Source of the DNA: Perkinsus chesapeaki ATCC PRA-425
Lineage: Eukaryota; Protista; Perkinsozoa
Direction: 5' to 3'
Length of the DNA stretch: 46,945 nucleotides
Assembly: GCA_013115145.1 (NCBI GenBank)
Contig: JAAPAO010000250.1
Coordinates: 1 to 46,945 of the forward strand
Of the stretch, positions 1 through 10,695 are shown one piece after another. Every line of letters begins with the position of its first letter. Position 1 is the stretch's first letter. A program made the translations under genes and the position numbers. The notes beneath the pieces were generated by a model, which ran no database searches, was not told the DNA's origin, and was given only the letters and a program-made list of their open reading frames with translations.

Positions 1-1552
1 GCTGGCATAGAACAGCGGTATTGGCGTAGCTGATGGACAAATCTTGAGGGGCGGCGTTGCTTCATGCAGGGTCTCACATAATCATCCCACGGCGGTGAAG
101 CATACTGGGCGGTCTATTACGATGCATTAAGGCACATATCCACAGGGCCACGTCCACACACATTATAACATCGGCTAAATACCGGCGCAATGTTTCAAGC
201 CACGGCACTTGAGTCGGTGACCTTGCTGTATGAACTCATCGGTCCAAGCTTCAGTCATGATGGCATCGAGATGCTCCAAAGTGGCTCCTTGCAAGCCATC
301 CCACAAAGCATCGTAGCTGACAATCACCGTCGGTGTAGGGATTGGGGGCGGTAGACACCTTCGCCGATCTTCCACTTGTAAGGTACCGTCAGATATTTTA
401 TCAGAAGTGACATGACGGAGCTTGGCGAAGTAAGTGCCGAGCGTTGCAGGACCTACGGGGGCTTCCGAGAGGTCAGCAGGTCTGCCATAGCCCCCACCTC
501 GGTGGGTCAGCCCCTCGAGCGCCATCGTGGCTGCTTCTACCACAAACTGCATGTGCTCGCTGATGGCGGCTAAACGTATGCCGCGAATATCTTCCTTGTG
601 CTTTTGAGGAGAGCAATGAGCGTCGGGCTTGGAAGATACAACTCGGAGTAGTCTGTCGGAGAGATACGGCTCACCATCAGAGGACCGTCTCTGGGTAAAG
701 CTTGTGCTGCACTCCAGGCATCGGACCTCTCGAAGGAGATCTGCCCTGGACTGTTGGCCAAAATGATCTGAGGGGACGTGAGGGGCAGCTGGGGAAATCA
801 AAGGCATCACTTCGAGATCGGCCGATGTGAAGGGGAACATCGATGCTTCGGAGGTGTCGGCGTCATTGCCCGGATACTGGATGTAGTGGGACAGTATCTT
901 GGTAACATAATGGCGACCTCGACAACAAAGCCAACCTATCTCACCTACATCTCGCCCGATCCTCTTCAACTCCTCCGCGTGGATATCATCGACCTCTGGA
1001 CTGGACAGAGTCTGACACAGTTGTCTTTGACAGTTGCAGCAATGACATGTGTTTTCCACCCATTTGATGAAGTTATATGTAGCAAACAGTACTCCTGTGA
1101 TGCAATGTGCTGTTGCGTTGTGCCGCAGCGGTGAGGGCGGCGGCGGTGGGGGCAGTTGCATAATACCAGCAATATGCAACTGATACCCAGTCTCCCGTAG
1201 CTCCTCGTTCTCTAAGCGGCGAGGCTTGCACCTTCAAGAATCGATCGATGAGCCCACCTATAGCTTCTATCACCACGCCCCGACTTAGACGGAGAGCGTG
1301 CGACAATTTATCAGAGTCCTCGGGATGGCTTCCAGCGTCTTCCACAATACGAAGGTAACTGCAAGTACAGGTTGGCCAGCGGGCACATTCATAGGCCGAC
1401 TCAGCCCAGGTCAGCTGTTCCTCCAGGCCAGGAAGCCACAGTGTAGAACAATCAAGAGCATCAGGCAGCACCCATCCGATAGCCAAGTGAGTTAGGAATA
1501 GGAAAACATATTGCGAAGAGAGAAAGGGGGGCAGCATAGAGAAGTCTACCAC
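1..1552 (-). mobile_element. Possible degenerate gag/LINE-ORF1-like retroelement relic (frameshifted ORFs 1073..1552 and 175..1179)
   Basis: Two long intron-free overlapping ORFs in an otherwise intron-dense window. Just past the 175 stop, in a shifted frame, are broken Cys-knuckle-like strings (RCYNVCGRG..DMC, RPVCFT, LKICP). No RT domain in the window; family assignment is inference. Confidence 0.3.
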
Positions 1553-1817
1553 TCAACCCATTGGGACTAAACACGCAACTCGATCACTGTGCAAGCCTAA
1601 AAATTCAAAGGCAAGTTAATGGTGACTAGAGAGATCTGAACGCTTGTGGTGTACAAGCCATCATGAAGATGGGAGAGCTTGAGATAGGGAGAGCTCAGAT
1701 CCTACGGCCGGATGCATAGACCGCAGGGCAAGGCCCCCAGTTGAAGAGGCGGTTGGAATAGCCGCATTGTCATGATAATGTACTGTTATGTAATGTACTT
1801 CTACCTAGTAGGTAGGA

Positions 1818-3827
1818 TTAGATCTTAGGGGATACTATCTGATGAGGAGAACAACCGCTGGATAAATAAACAAGATACGGCCGGAGAGTTACCAATTTGT
1901 TCTCAATTTCTCCCAAGAAGATAATCTCTCCCTGAGTCGGCAAGACGCATGCCACTTCCTGCGCAAACTTCGGTTTCTGTCCGAGTGCACACGAATACCT
2001 GCCAAATCCACGTAGACTCGTAGAGCACTAACAAGTGCAGCGGATACTTACTCGATTCCACCGATGAGAAGAGACACTCGACCGCTCTTGTGAACTCGAA
2101 GACTGCCGATTTTACCGTCGGGGACTTCGTTGAAGGTCGCAACCTCCGAGGCGGAACTGGAGATAGCTGAAATAGAGCAAACGGATATTGTATTGGGTTG
2201 CAGAGATGCAAAAGCATTTATGGATTATGGCCGAGCGCCATTTCATTCAACCACACGCTGGAATGGTCTAGTTGGTTATGACGACTGCCTAACACGCAGT
2301 AGGTCCCGAGTTCGATTCTCGGTTCCAGTATTTTTACGATATCTCACAACATCTGTCTCACCTTTATCCTTGCTTTTCTCGGCCTCCTCGTCATCCATTA
2401 TAACTCTAGGGAATGTGGTGGGCAGTTGCACCTACGAAATCTGCAATGAAGGCAACGGGTAGGACGGTGAATAAGAAAGCCCTGCCGGAGCCAATATCGC
2501 ACCACGAAGAATTGATCCTCTTTCACAGCGCTTCCTTCTTCTTCTGCTTGGGAAGTCATCTTGCGGTTCAAAAAAAGATGAGACGCACCACTTGATCTGA
2601 GATGACCAGATGCCTGCGTATCAAGGCTGCATTGCTAACTCCTGCTCTACGGTGGCAGCCGCTGCCTCAAGAAGGACTGGCCTTTTGCCCTTCGGTCTGT
2701 CGGTGGCGTGGGATGTCTCGGCACTGTAGCCGCTTGCTTGTAGTATATCAGGGGAAATGCGGAGGGTTGAGTAGTAGGGCACTGATAGAGGGGGGTATCT
2801 GAAGAGCAGTTGTGAAACCAGTGTGACGGGAATCACGACCTACTCCTGGATGTCATCAACAGCCGTGCCAAAGGCAACGTCATCGAGGGGCCTTTCTAGG
2901 AGAGGCCCAATACGCTTACGCTTCTCTTCTTTGAACTAAGTGTTATAACAATACGGAATGTCTAGTCGAGAACCGGATTACAGGGAAATCATCCTGGAGG
3001 ACATCCTTAGCTAAGCGCAGACCAGGAGCCGAAATTGACCGGCTTGAGGAGGAGACCGCTGTTACGCCTGAGCGAGAAACAGTGACATTTGGGAACCATT
3101 AAACAACACAGGTTGATATCCTAGACGACAGAAAAGGCTCATACAAGCTGATGACGAAAGACCATCCGTTCCTCACATTGACTGATTTGTACATTTAAAA
3201 AGAAGCGCCCGATGTGGATGGGTCCAAGCTCAGCACCAAACACTGCCTTACGTGTGTTGCCTTTCATCTTATCCTTCCGCTTTCTCTCAGCAGACTCCTT
3301 CATAGCATTCATCAGTATCACTTTAACACTGGTCGGCATCGGTTCCTCACCTTCGTCTCTTCTTGCCGCTGCCATCTCCCTAGCGACCTTCCCGATGGCC
3401 TTCGCCAGCATCGGTTCGTCACTTCCAACAGTGCGAGCATCAGGGCGCTTTGGAGCGAATTTAGACGAGGATAGCCCACTCGACTTGGGGCGGAAAGGTG
3501 ACCTGTGCAGGACAATTGAGCGATCGCCCTCTGAGGTCCTACTCGTTTCCACCGAACATTGAACGTGTCGACTCCCTTTTAAACGAAGCCAGCCTCTCTA
3601 CTGGTAGTATCGGACGCACTCTAACCTGACAGCCATCACCTAGTCCTTATTAGAATTAACGGTATTCCTACAGGCCCATGACGCGGACGCTGGTCCTGTG
3701 CAGGTGCCTCAATTTTTACCGATTTCCTCGTCGAGCTGGAGGAGGATATGGGTTCATTCGGCTCTGCAAACTTCCTAAGCCTTCGCTGCTTTGCAGGGCT
3801 CCCTCCCGGTTTGAGTGAAGATGACAT
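1818..3827 (-). CDS. POLR3D: RNA polymerase III subunit RPC4 (RPC53/POLR3D), multi-exon
   Basis: Hand-spliced 3' exons give VQLPTTFPRV...DK|AISSSASEVATFNEVPDGKIGSLRVHKSGRVSLLIGGIE|YSCALGQKPKFAQEVACVLPTQGEIIFLGEIENKL|IVSPKI*. This matches the RPC4 C-terminal domain pattern (QLP; GxIGxLxVxKSGxVxLxIG; FxQEV; LGxIxxKLxxSP). Phases are consistent at GT-AG introns 2167..2361 and the next two. Probable ATG at 3827 (MSSSLKPGG..RKFAEPN); middle exons not fully resolved. Confidence 0.82.
2257..2330 (+). tRNA. trnV-AAC: tRNA-Val(AAC)
   Basis: GCTGGAA/TTCCAGT acceptor stem, D arm GTCTAGTTGGTTATGAC, anticodon arm ACTGC-CT AAC AC-GCAGT (AAC at 2291-2293), T arm CCGAG-TTCGATT-CTCGG, followed by TTTTT. Confidence 0.96.
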
Positions 3828-4014
3828 GTCCAACCGAGTAGAGGACTAGTGAGAAGATGGAAGAGGTTTTCCTGGTCTTTGATGGTTAATAACGCAAACA
3901 AGTCGAATTTACCGATATCGTAACATCATATTCGTCATTGAAAGTAATGGTGATATGCAACATGAAATCCCTTTGGGAATGAATGCTTCCGTCGGCCTCA
4001 ACTCAGCTGGCGTC

Positions 4015-5564
4015 TCAACTCGCTGCTGCTCTATACAAAGAGGCTGTCAGCTGTAGTTCCTGAACAAACACGGCGACTTGAGGAATGCTACTAATATAGC
4101 AGCTCCGATGTAGTCTAGCTGGTTAGGATATCTGGCTTTCACCCAGACGACCCGGGTTCGAGTCCCGGCATCGGAAGTATTTTCATCACGCTCAATTTAA
4201 GTCCCGATTCAGTATAACCTCTATTCTTACCTTGAGTCGTCTATTCTTTTCGGCTTCCAATTGCTTCCTCTCGAACTCCATTGCAACTGATCTCTCCCAG
4301 GACCTAAAGCATCCGCCATGTTACGATAAGCTCCAATACTGCATAATATTCAGCTATTAATATCTCTACTCGCTACCTTTCACTTCGCTCTTTCATCGCA
4401 TCTTCCATTTCCTTGACCTTCAACAACTGTTTTATCTCCGCACGGTCCTCTCGCTGGTCAGCCCTAAGTGCTTCATCAGCCAAAGCCTAACACCAGCTCC
4501 AATTCAAACCAAAGCCAGTGCCGAGCCCACTCCCCACTCGTTCTCTTTCGGCGATTTCCCTTTGAATTGCCTTCTCTCGTCGCTCGTCATAACTTTTAGC
4601 ATGTTGTTCTAGCTCAGCTTTCTTGGCACGCATCTTCCTCTCACGCTTGAATCTCACCGACTCCAAGTTTTCCTGGGAAGTAAAAGATCGACAATAATAC
4701 TGTGTCACGTCGATAAGTGTATAAGACGTTCAACAAACGTTAGCTTCAAAAACTGAGTTGTAATCGAAGCTAAGCGTAGTATCGGAGACTTGATGACACA
4801 GCCAACCTCACCTTGAGCTCCCGGTCTTGTATCGATTTCCTATATGCTTCGATGCCCTCTCGCAGTTTAGTCTCGTGTTTCCTTCGCCATTCTGTAAGGT
4901 CCTTCTGGGCCTCATGTTCGATCCTCTTCTTGCTCAACTGCACACTAGACTCAATATCATCGCCCCTTCAACACGGCCGCACCTTCTCCTCCCTCCTCAT
5001 GTTCCACAGTATACGACTCTCCAGCGCCTTCAACTCCCGAATCTCCCGCCCTGAGCAATTCCCAGTCGTAACAGATAAAAATCTACAATCCCCGCGGGAG
5101 GCATACGTGTCTCCTCGAGAGTTCGCCGCCAGTTGTCCTCTTCTTTGCCGCGTATTTGACCCCTTGCCGAGAGCCTCACTGTCGAGCCTGGCGAAGCCAT
5201 GCGATCTTCAACAGAAGATTCACAGCGTTCCTTACTCCTCGCCGATAAAGGCCGACTGCTCCTAGGCGCCGAAGAAGCCCCAGAAGGTCGAGCCTTCCCC
5301 GGTAAGCTCAACCTTAAGGATGCAGCGGAGGCTGAGATACGGCGTGTCTGTGTGGATAAGGTGATGTATGCCTCACCTGTTGCCTTGGGAGCGGAGGAGG
5401 CAGTTCTGATTGCTGGTGACAGCGATCTTGCGCCAACCACCTTCGGCCGAGAGCCTACAAGATTTAATGTGATGGGGAATACAGATCTCCAAATACTTTC
5501 TTTTTTCGCTTCCTTAACGGACGAGCTCGGTGTAGGGGGATACGCAGCTGAGAAGTATCGATGA
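4015..5564 (-). CDS. Hypothetical coiled-coil protein, multi-exon (5' end may continue to ~7364)
   Basis: Charged helical exon peptides (GREIRELKALESRILWNMRREEK, KRIEHEAQKDLTEWRRKHETKLREG, LEAEKNRRLK|ELQLTASLYRAAAS*). Last intron 4060..4230 has GTAAGA...CAG in phase 0. Confidence 0.6.
4104..4176 (+). tRNA. trnE-TTC: tRNA-Glu(TTC)
   Basis: TCCGATG/CATCGGA acceptor stem, anticodon arm TCTGG-CT TTC AC-CCAGA (TTC at 4138-4140), T arm CCGGG-TTCGAGT-CCCGG, TTTT a few nt downstream. Confidence 0.96.
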
Positions 5565-5688
5565 GGAAACCACGAGTCTTTTAGTAGACCCTACAAGCCT
5601 TGGCAGACTTCAGCGAAGTCTCAGTACTCTTGCTGACGCCTTCAGACGATAGTGCTCCCTTGGTTGAGCCCGACCTGAACAAGTCCTA

Positions 5689-7364
5689 CTAACCGACCGT
5701 GCCTATGCGCACTCTACCCCTGTGGACGGCCCTGAGCCACTGGCTTTGCTTTAGCACTGCCGGGTGTAGCCATCTGCTGCCGATCGCTAGGAGGAGGTGA
5801 ACGTCTCGATAGGGGAGTGAACCCTGTGAGCCGCCACAAGGTACCACAGACCATCGAGGGTTCGAGCTCACCGGAGGCCGCCTTCTTGGTGTGTTTATGA
5901 GTCTTTGCAGGGGAAGCAGGTGGTGCTGTATCCCTAGTTGTGGAGGAGGAGGAGACCTTCCTCTGTCCCGGAATGCCAAGGACCGTACTTGTTATTCGGA
6001 CAGAGGCCGCTGAAGCAGGAAGTAATATCGCACCGCTGACGAGTAAATTCACCAAAGACAATTCACGAAAATTGAATTCGTTCTCATGTTCTAATACAAA
6101 CGACAGAAATTCAAGTAGATTGTGAATCTCCGCGAGTTCTCTATCAAACGAGACCAATATTTCACTGTGTCATTTTGTATACGGTGTTTCCCACCGAATC
6201 ACTGCTTACGTTGGAGCTTCTCTGTTCCCGGCTTAGTCTGTCTTCGGCCACGAGATGACGCTGAAGGGCTCGAGAAAGGCTGGGAAGCAAGGAAATGCTC
6301 AACAGGTAGGGTTCTCGTCACGTCACCTTAGAACAGCCCGCTCGTTTGTCCCCACTAGCGAGGCAATAACCCACAACATGGCTCAGCCAACGGGCCAGTG
6401 CCTTACTAGCAACAAAGGTACCAGAAACAATCTAAAAACAAGGTTCACCCTAGAAGACAAGGGAACTCCTAACCTCGTTTTGAAAGGGTGCTGTATCGAC
6501 CAGAGCCGCCAATAAGCGGACTGTCTTGTCTGACACCTTGTCCTTATCAAAGAAAACCAATTTCTGTAGTAGGCTACTCGCACTGGTGGTAGCAAACACA
6601 TGCTCACGGGCAGCCTTCCAGTACTCTTGTGGCGCTGATGAGAACCAAGTCGGTGCATTTAACGGAAGCTTCTCACCGTCCGAGCTCCCAACAATACCAC
6701 CAGTGCTGCTCCTCCTCTTGGGTTTGATGCCCAATGCCAGACAGATGCCTCGAGCTACTGACAAAACCCCTTCTGGTGGCGATGGAAGGTTGCGCAGTTC
6801 GGCAAAATCGCCTGAACAGGAGTCTCTTCGCTCCGCTGCTGCCCGTTAATTTCTCACGCCTTGTCAGAGTGCTGAGTGCGGCCATGGCTTCTTCGACGGT
6901 AACATACTTACCCATCTGCTCCCTCGTTTCATCTCGCTCCTAGGAGAACAGAAAATGGCACAACTCGCCTTGGTCCCCGGTTCCATCCCGGCAGCGGGCA
7001 TTTTTCCAACCAGACCCACCTCTTGGATCTTATCCTTCTGGAAGTCCCCAACCGGATGCTGCTCCGGTACATAAGAGTTGATAATTGACCCAAGCGAGCT
7101 AAGTAGGGATAATACAGCTAGAGGTGTCAGAATGAATCGGCACTACTTTCTATCGAGGACTGGGCTCAATGTCTGTATGAACTGAGGCGAATCCGGGACG
7201 TCAACTGCCTCAGTTGTCGCTGCAATGTGTTCTGCTGACTGCTGCATTAGTATGCGTAATTGCGACTGCAGTGAGCCGGATTTGTATTGGGTAACACGAT
7301 ACGAGGAGACACAGTCACACATTGACGGGATAATGTTCAACAACAATGGCATGCTATCGCCCAT
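5689..7364 (-). CDS. Hypothetical multi-exon protein with a dynein-heavy-chain stalk/MTBD-like segment
   Basis: ORF fragments 6673..6915, 6450..6764 and 5714..6157. The peptide YWKAAREHV..SLLQKLVFFDKDKV SDKTVRLLAALVDTAPF resembles the dynein stalk-head pattern W..AK..L....FL..L..FDKD.I. No AAA motifs seen. May join the downstream coiled-coil gene. Confidence 0.4.
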
Positions 7365-7427
7365 CGGCCCTTATCCGGACACCGCGATCTCACTAGCCTG
7401 ATTGATGACGACAGGAATCGGGGCTCC

Positions 7428-7890
7428 TCACGAAGACGGCGGATGGGCTACCTTGAGCCCGAGGGCTTGCCTAGCCAAATCGAGGAAAGTATCGATGTCC
7501 ACTTTGATAGGTATCTCAAGTGCCTCTGCTGATTCCCCTATAGCAAAGGTGCCATCTATTAGCTCCTCTTGCCTTGCTGAACATGCCAGAGCCTTCAAAG
7601 CTGAACGACACTGAGGAAAGACCGGAGTAAATATACAAGAGACAATCAGCAGCCAACCAACTTGTTCCCGCGTGATGGTGCCTTGCTTGAGAAGGTCAGC
7701 CATATGGAAGACAGATTCGATCTCCTTCATATCGAATAGTCCTCCAGCTTCAGCTCCTTCATTAATTCTACGGTCTAGTTGCTGTGCCATGAATGCCATA
7801 ACTCCCTCCCTGCCACCCTCCGGTTTATGGAAGGCTACTGAGGCTAGGAGGTCGTTGAGGAGTTCTGGGATACGATGTTTGGCAAGATAC
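7428..7890 (-). CDS. EFCAB10: EFCAB10-like protein (RIIa/Dpy30-like N-terminal helix plus EF-hand); 5' exon not located
   Basis: YLAKHRIPELLNDLLASVAFHKP...FDMKEIESVFHMADLLKQGTITREQ|CRSALKAL with a 51-nt GT-AG intron at 7611..7661. Matches the YLxKHxIxEL..L.FH.P plus EF-hand layout. Confidence 0.65.
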
Positions 7891-8920
7891 CTACCGCAAG
7901 GGGGTTATAGTATATTATTGGTACGACGGTCGTCGATTGAACCGTGTCGTAGATTGTTTATGATTTTCTGACACATGTAGACTATCGATGATACACGAAA
8001 GCATCCCAGAATGGATTCCTCACCACTACGAAGACATCCCTGCCAGACGCTCTCGCAGTAGTTTGTCTTGAACAAATTCAAGAATTTCACCTCCTACAGT
8101 GAAATACCCTGATTGTCCCCATCAATCACTACTCCAATCGTAGGACCCAACGAGATACTACCATCGCGTAACTTATACTTTATCTGTTAGGCACCGATCT
8201 GGTGCGGTGAACTCAGGGTGTAGCAAGCAGGGTAGTCTGTTGTGATGATCTACTACGTTATTATTATAGCTCCTACTAGCTACATACTAGCTCTCAGAGC
8301 TGAGCTCTGGGTATAGTCGATTAAAGCCAGTTCGTCATGTATATAGGTTCTATGGCGTCTAACGATGTACACTCTTCTAGCTTGACCGGTAGTGGTATAT
8401 ATAAAACCCGTGTTGGATGTAGCAGTATTAGCCAGCTGTAGCCGAACGTAAACTGCATTATACTGACACATTCGCGAAGAATAGAATGTCCGCACAAGAT
8501 CTAATCGCCATATCCTATATAAGTTAGGGCATGTACGGTAGTGAGGGGCATTCTAAAACCTCGTTGACAGCTGTTAGGCGACTATAACTACTCAAGGACT
8601 TGGGTGAAAAAACGGAGGTTCGGGAGGTTGAGCAGGAATCCTGTTGCAAGTGACCAGTAAGAACTGGCTTATGAATAGCCAGTCTCTCAGTTAGAGTCCA
8701 CTATGATAAGAAGTTGGAGTAACCACATGGAAGTAACCGCATTGCAAGTGGCCCTGAACGTTTGGCTATGGGAACGCTCTATTCATGTAGCTATATGAAA
8801 GTAGGGCCACTACCACCACCACTCTAATGCAATAGTGCAACACCGACCATTGGTATTAGAAGCAATGAGCTACAGCAGTTAGACAGACACTGTTATAGAA
8901 CAGTATAAACTTCAAAGTCC

Positions 8921-9130
8921 ATTCAATACTTACTCTCGACATTCCATGAATTCCGGGTTCTTTTCGAGGTCAGTCTTCGATAGATAGATCTCTTGGGACA
9001 TTATTAAGGTAAATGTGAAACTATAACATCAATCAATTTGCAAATAACTCAATTTCATAATGATGGAAGGCAATAATCACATAAACGCATAAAAAGTATA
9101 AGTCAACTTCATCATCAACAATATTATATA
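8921..9130 (+). repeat. Direct repeat copy 1 (~210 bp); on the - strand it carries an ATG exon MSQEIYLSKTDLEKNPEFMECR (8934..9001) followed by a GTAAGT donor
   Basis: Near-identical to 13260..13468 (8 substitutions and 1 indel by eye). Confidence 0.9.
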
Positions 9131-9377
9131 CAACGGTACATGGTAGTAGCGCATGATACCAAATACATGATATTTAAATTTTAAGATCGAAAAAACCGTA
9201 GTTGATAAGAATTTAGCGCGCAGTGTATAAATCAGTCAGCCACCTCTCACGACTTGAGTCTGCGCTGTTGATTATTCTTCAACAAGCCTAAATCGAGGAG
9301 CAGATGGGACTTCATGGACATAGCGTACTCCGTAGAGGTAGAGTACTACGATAGTACAGTAAGCTAAAAAGTGTCTG

Positions 9378-9674
9378 CAGGGTGTCCCGGAAAATGTGTT
9401 ATTTGAAATAACTTTTTTGTTTGGGCGAATATTTCGATATTTCGGCGCCTTCTGAATCTGACCTCTTCCATTGAAGCTGTTTTTTGGGGAATTATGAAAT
9501 GTAAATCTCTCGCCAACCCCATCAAATATCATCATGGCCCATGATGATATTTGATGGGGCCCATGATTCATGGGTCTTACACCGATAGAAAGCCACCCTT
9601 AAGAGCTTTCGAAAGTCGCGCGTGTCGTTGAGAGATTCGCCCTCCTGAGAAAGTTATTCAGAAAAGCACATTTT
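9378..9674. mobile_element. Tc1/mariner-type MITE relic
   Basis: Left end CAGGGTGTCCCGGAAAATGTGTTATTTGAAATAACTTT is a mariner-like TIR start. A degenerate inverted copy AAAGTTATTCAGAAAAGCACATTTT lies at 9650..9674 (outermost part missing). No transposase. Confidence 0.5.
9517..9559. repeat. 43-nt palindrome (21-bp arms, 1-nt spacer)
   Basis: CCCCATCAAATATCATCATGG-C-CCATGATGATATTTGATGGGG, followed immediately by a 7-bp-arm palindrome at 9560..9574. Confidence 0.95.
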
Positions 9675-10695
9675 TTTGTAGTAAGCTGATGTAGTATCGT
9701 AATGATACTCTCCTTGCTCGCCATCGCGAAAAACGAGCGGGTAAGCGGGAGCATTTTGCTCCATACCTCTAAAGAAGAGTCTCCATTAGTAAGACGTCAC
9801 GAGTATACATTAGTAGCTTGAATCAATGGAGATTTTTCCAGAGTCAACGGTGTCGTATGAAGGTAGAGCCGATAAGGAGTAACAGCATGAAGCTCAAGAT
9901 ATGGGATGTTAGGTAGGTTGGATACAATAATTGTATTGAGAAATATTCTCATATGTCCCTGTGGGATAAACCGTGCTGTGTCGTCCGTGCAACGTCTTGG
10001 CGAACAACTTTGAGCTTCTAAGGTTCCTAATGAAGCTGGCTAGGGTGGTTCATGTTGCGTTTAACTCCAGGTTCGTTCAAGTCTTCTACATTTTGCATAA
10101 ATGTCACTCCACTGGAATATTCTTCATCTGCTCCTGCGGGATGCGTCTCCATCACCCGCGGCAAAGTTTATTCTGTCGGCACTAAAGTAGAACTACTCGG
10201 CTTGATCGCCTCCACAGTTACTCAACTGGGTCTGAAAACTCGCTCTTCAAACCTGTAGTGTTTTTCAGAATGAACGAACACATATGGCTCGATAATACCG
10301 CAAGATCAGAGAAGCCTACGAGGAGGACAGGGTGTTCGGCGGCGCTTGGATGGCGCATACCGTTTTCCGGCCTCAAATCTCCAGGCCTTCGGCTCTCACC
10401 AAAGACAACCGATTCAGGCTGAATCATTCAGCTAGAGTTTTCGAGCCCTTGAAAAATCCGCTGCGCGCGTCCGGCGCTAGTAGTGTCACGCTACATAGAG
10501 ATATCATATTGTGCGTTGTGAGTCCACTACGACTATGTCGCACGCGTACGAAACGGGCTTCGATTGCATTCTTCCAGCTAACGGACAATCAGCGCATAAG
10601 CTGATTGTGTGATGGTGTGTCTCAGTACGACTATATGGTATAGTCTGTATCCTCTTATTGTAAGAGTCTTATACCAGGATTTTCCAACTTCTACG

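Noticed and set aside
2130-2462. 110-aa + strand ORF
   Set aside because: It runs through tRNA-Val and is antisense to RPC4 exons; shadow ORF.
5199-5564. 121-aa + strand ORF
   Set aside because: Antisense to exons of the minus-strand coiled-coil gene; no independent signature.
7905-8090. ORF as the second exon of the duplicated MSQEIYL exon or first exon of the EFCAB10-like gene
   Set aside because: Splice phases do not match for either join with the GT-AG sites I could find.
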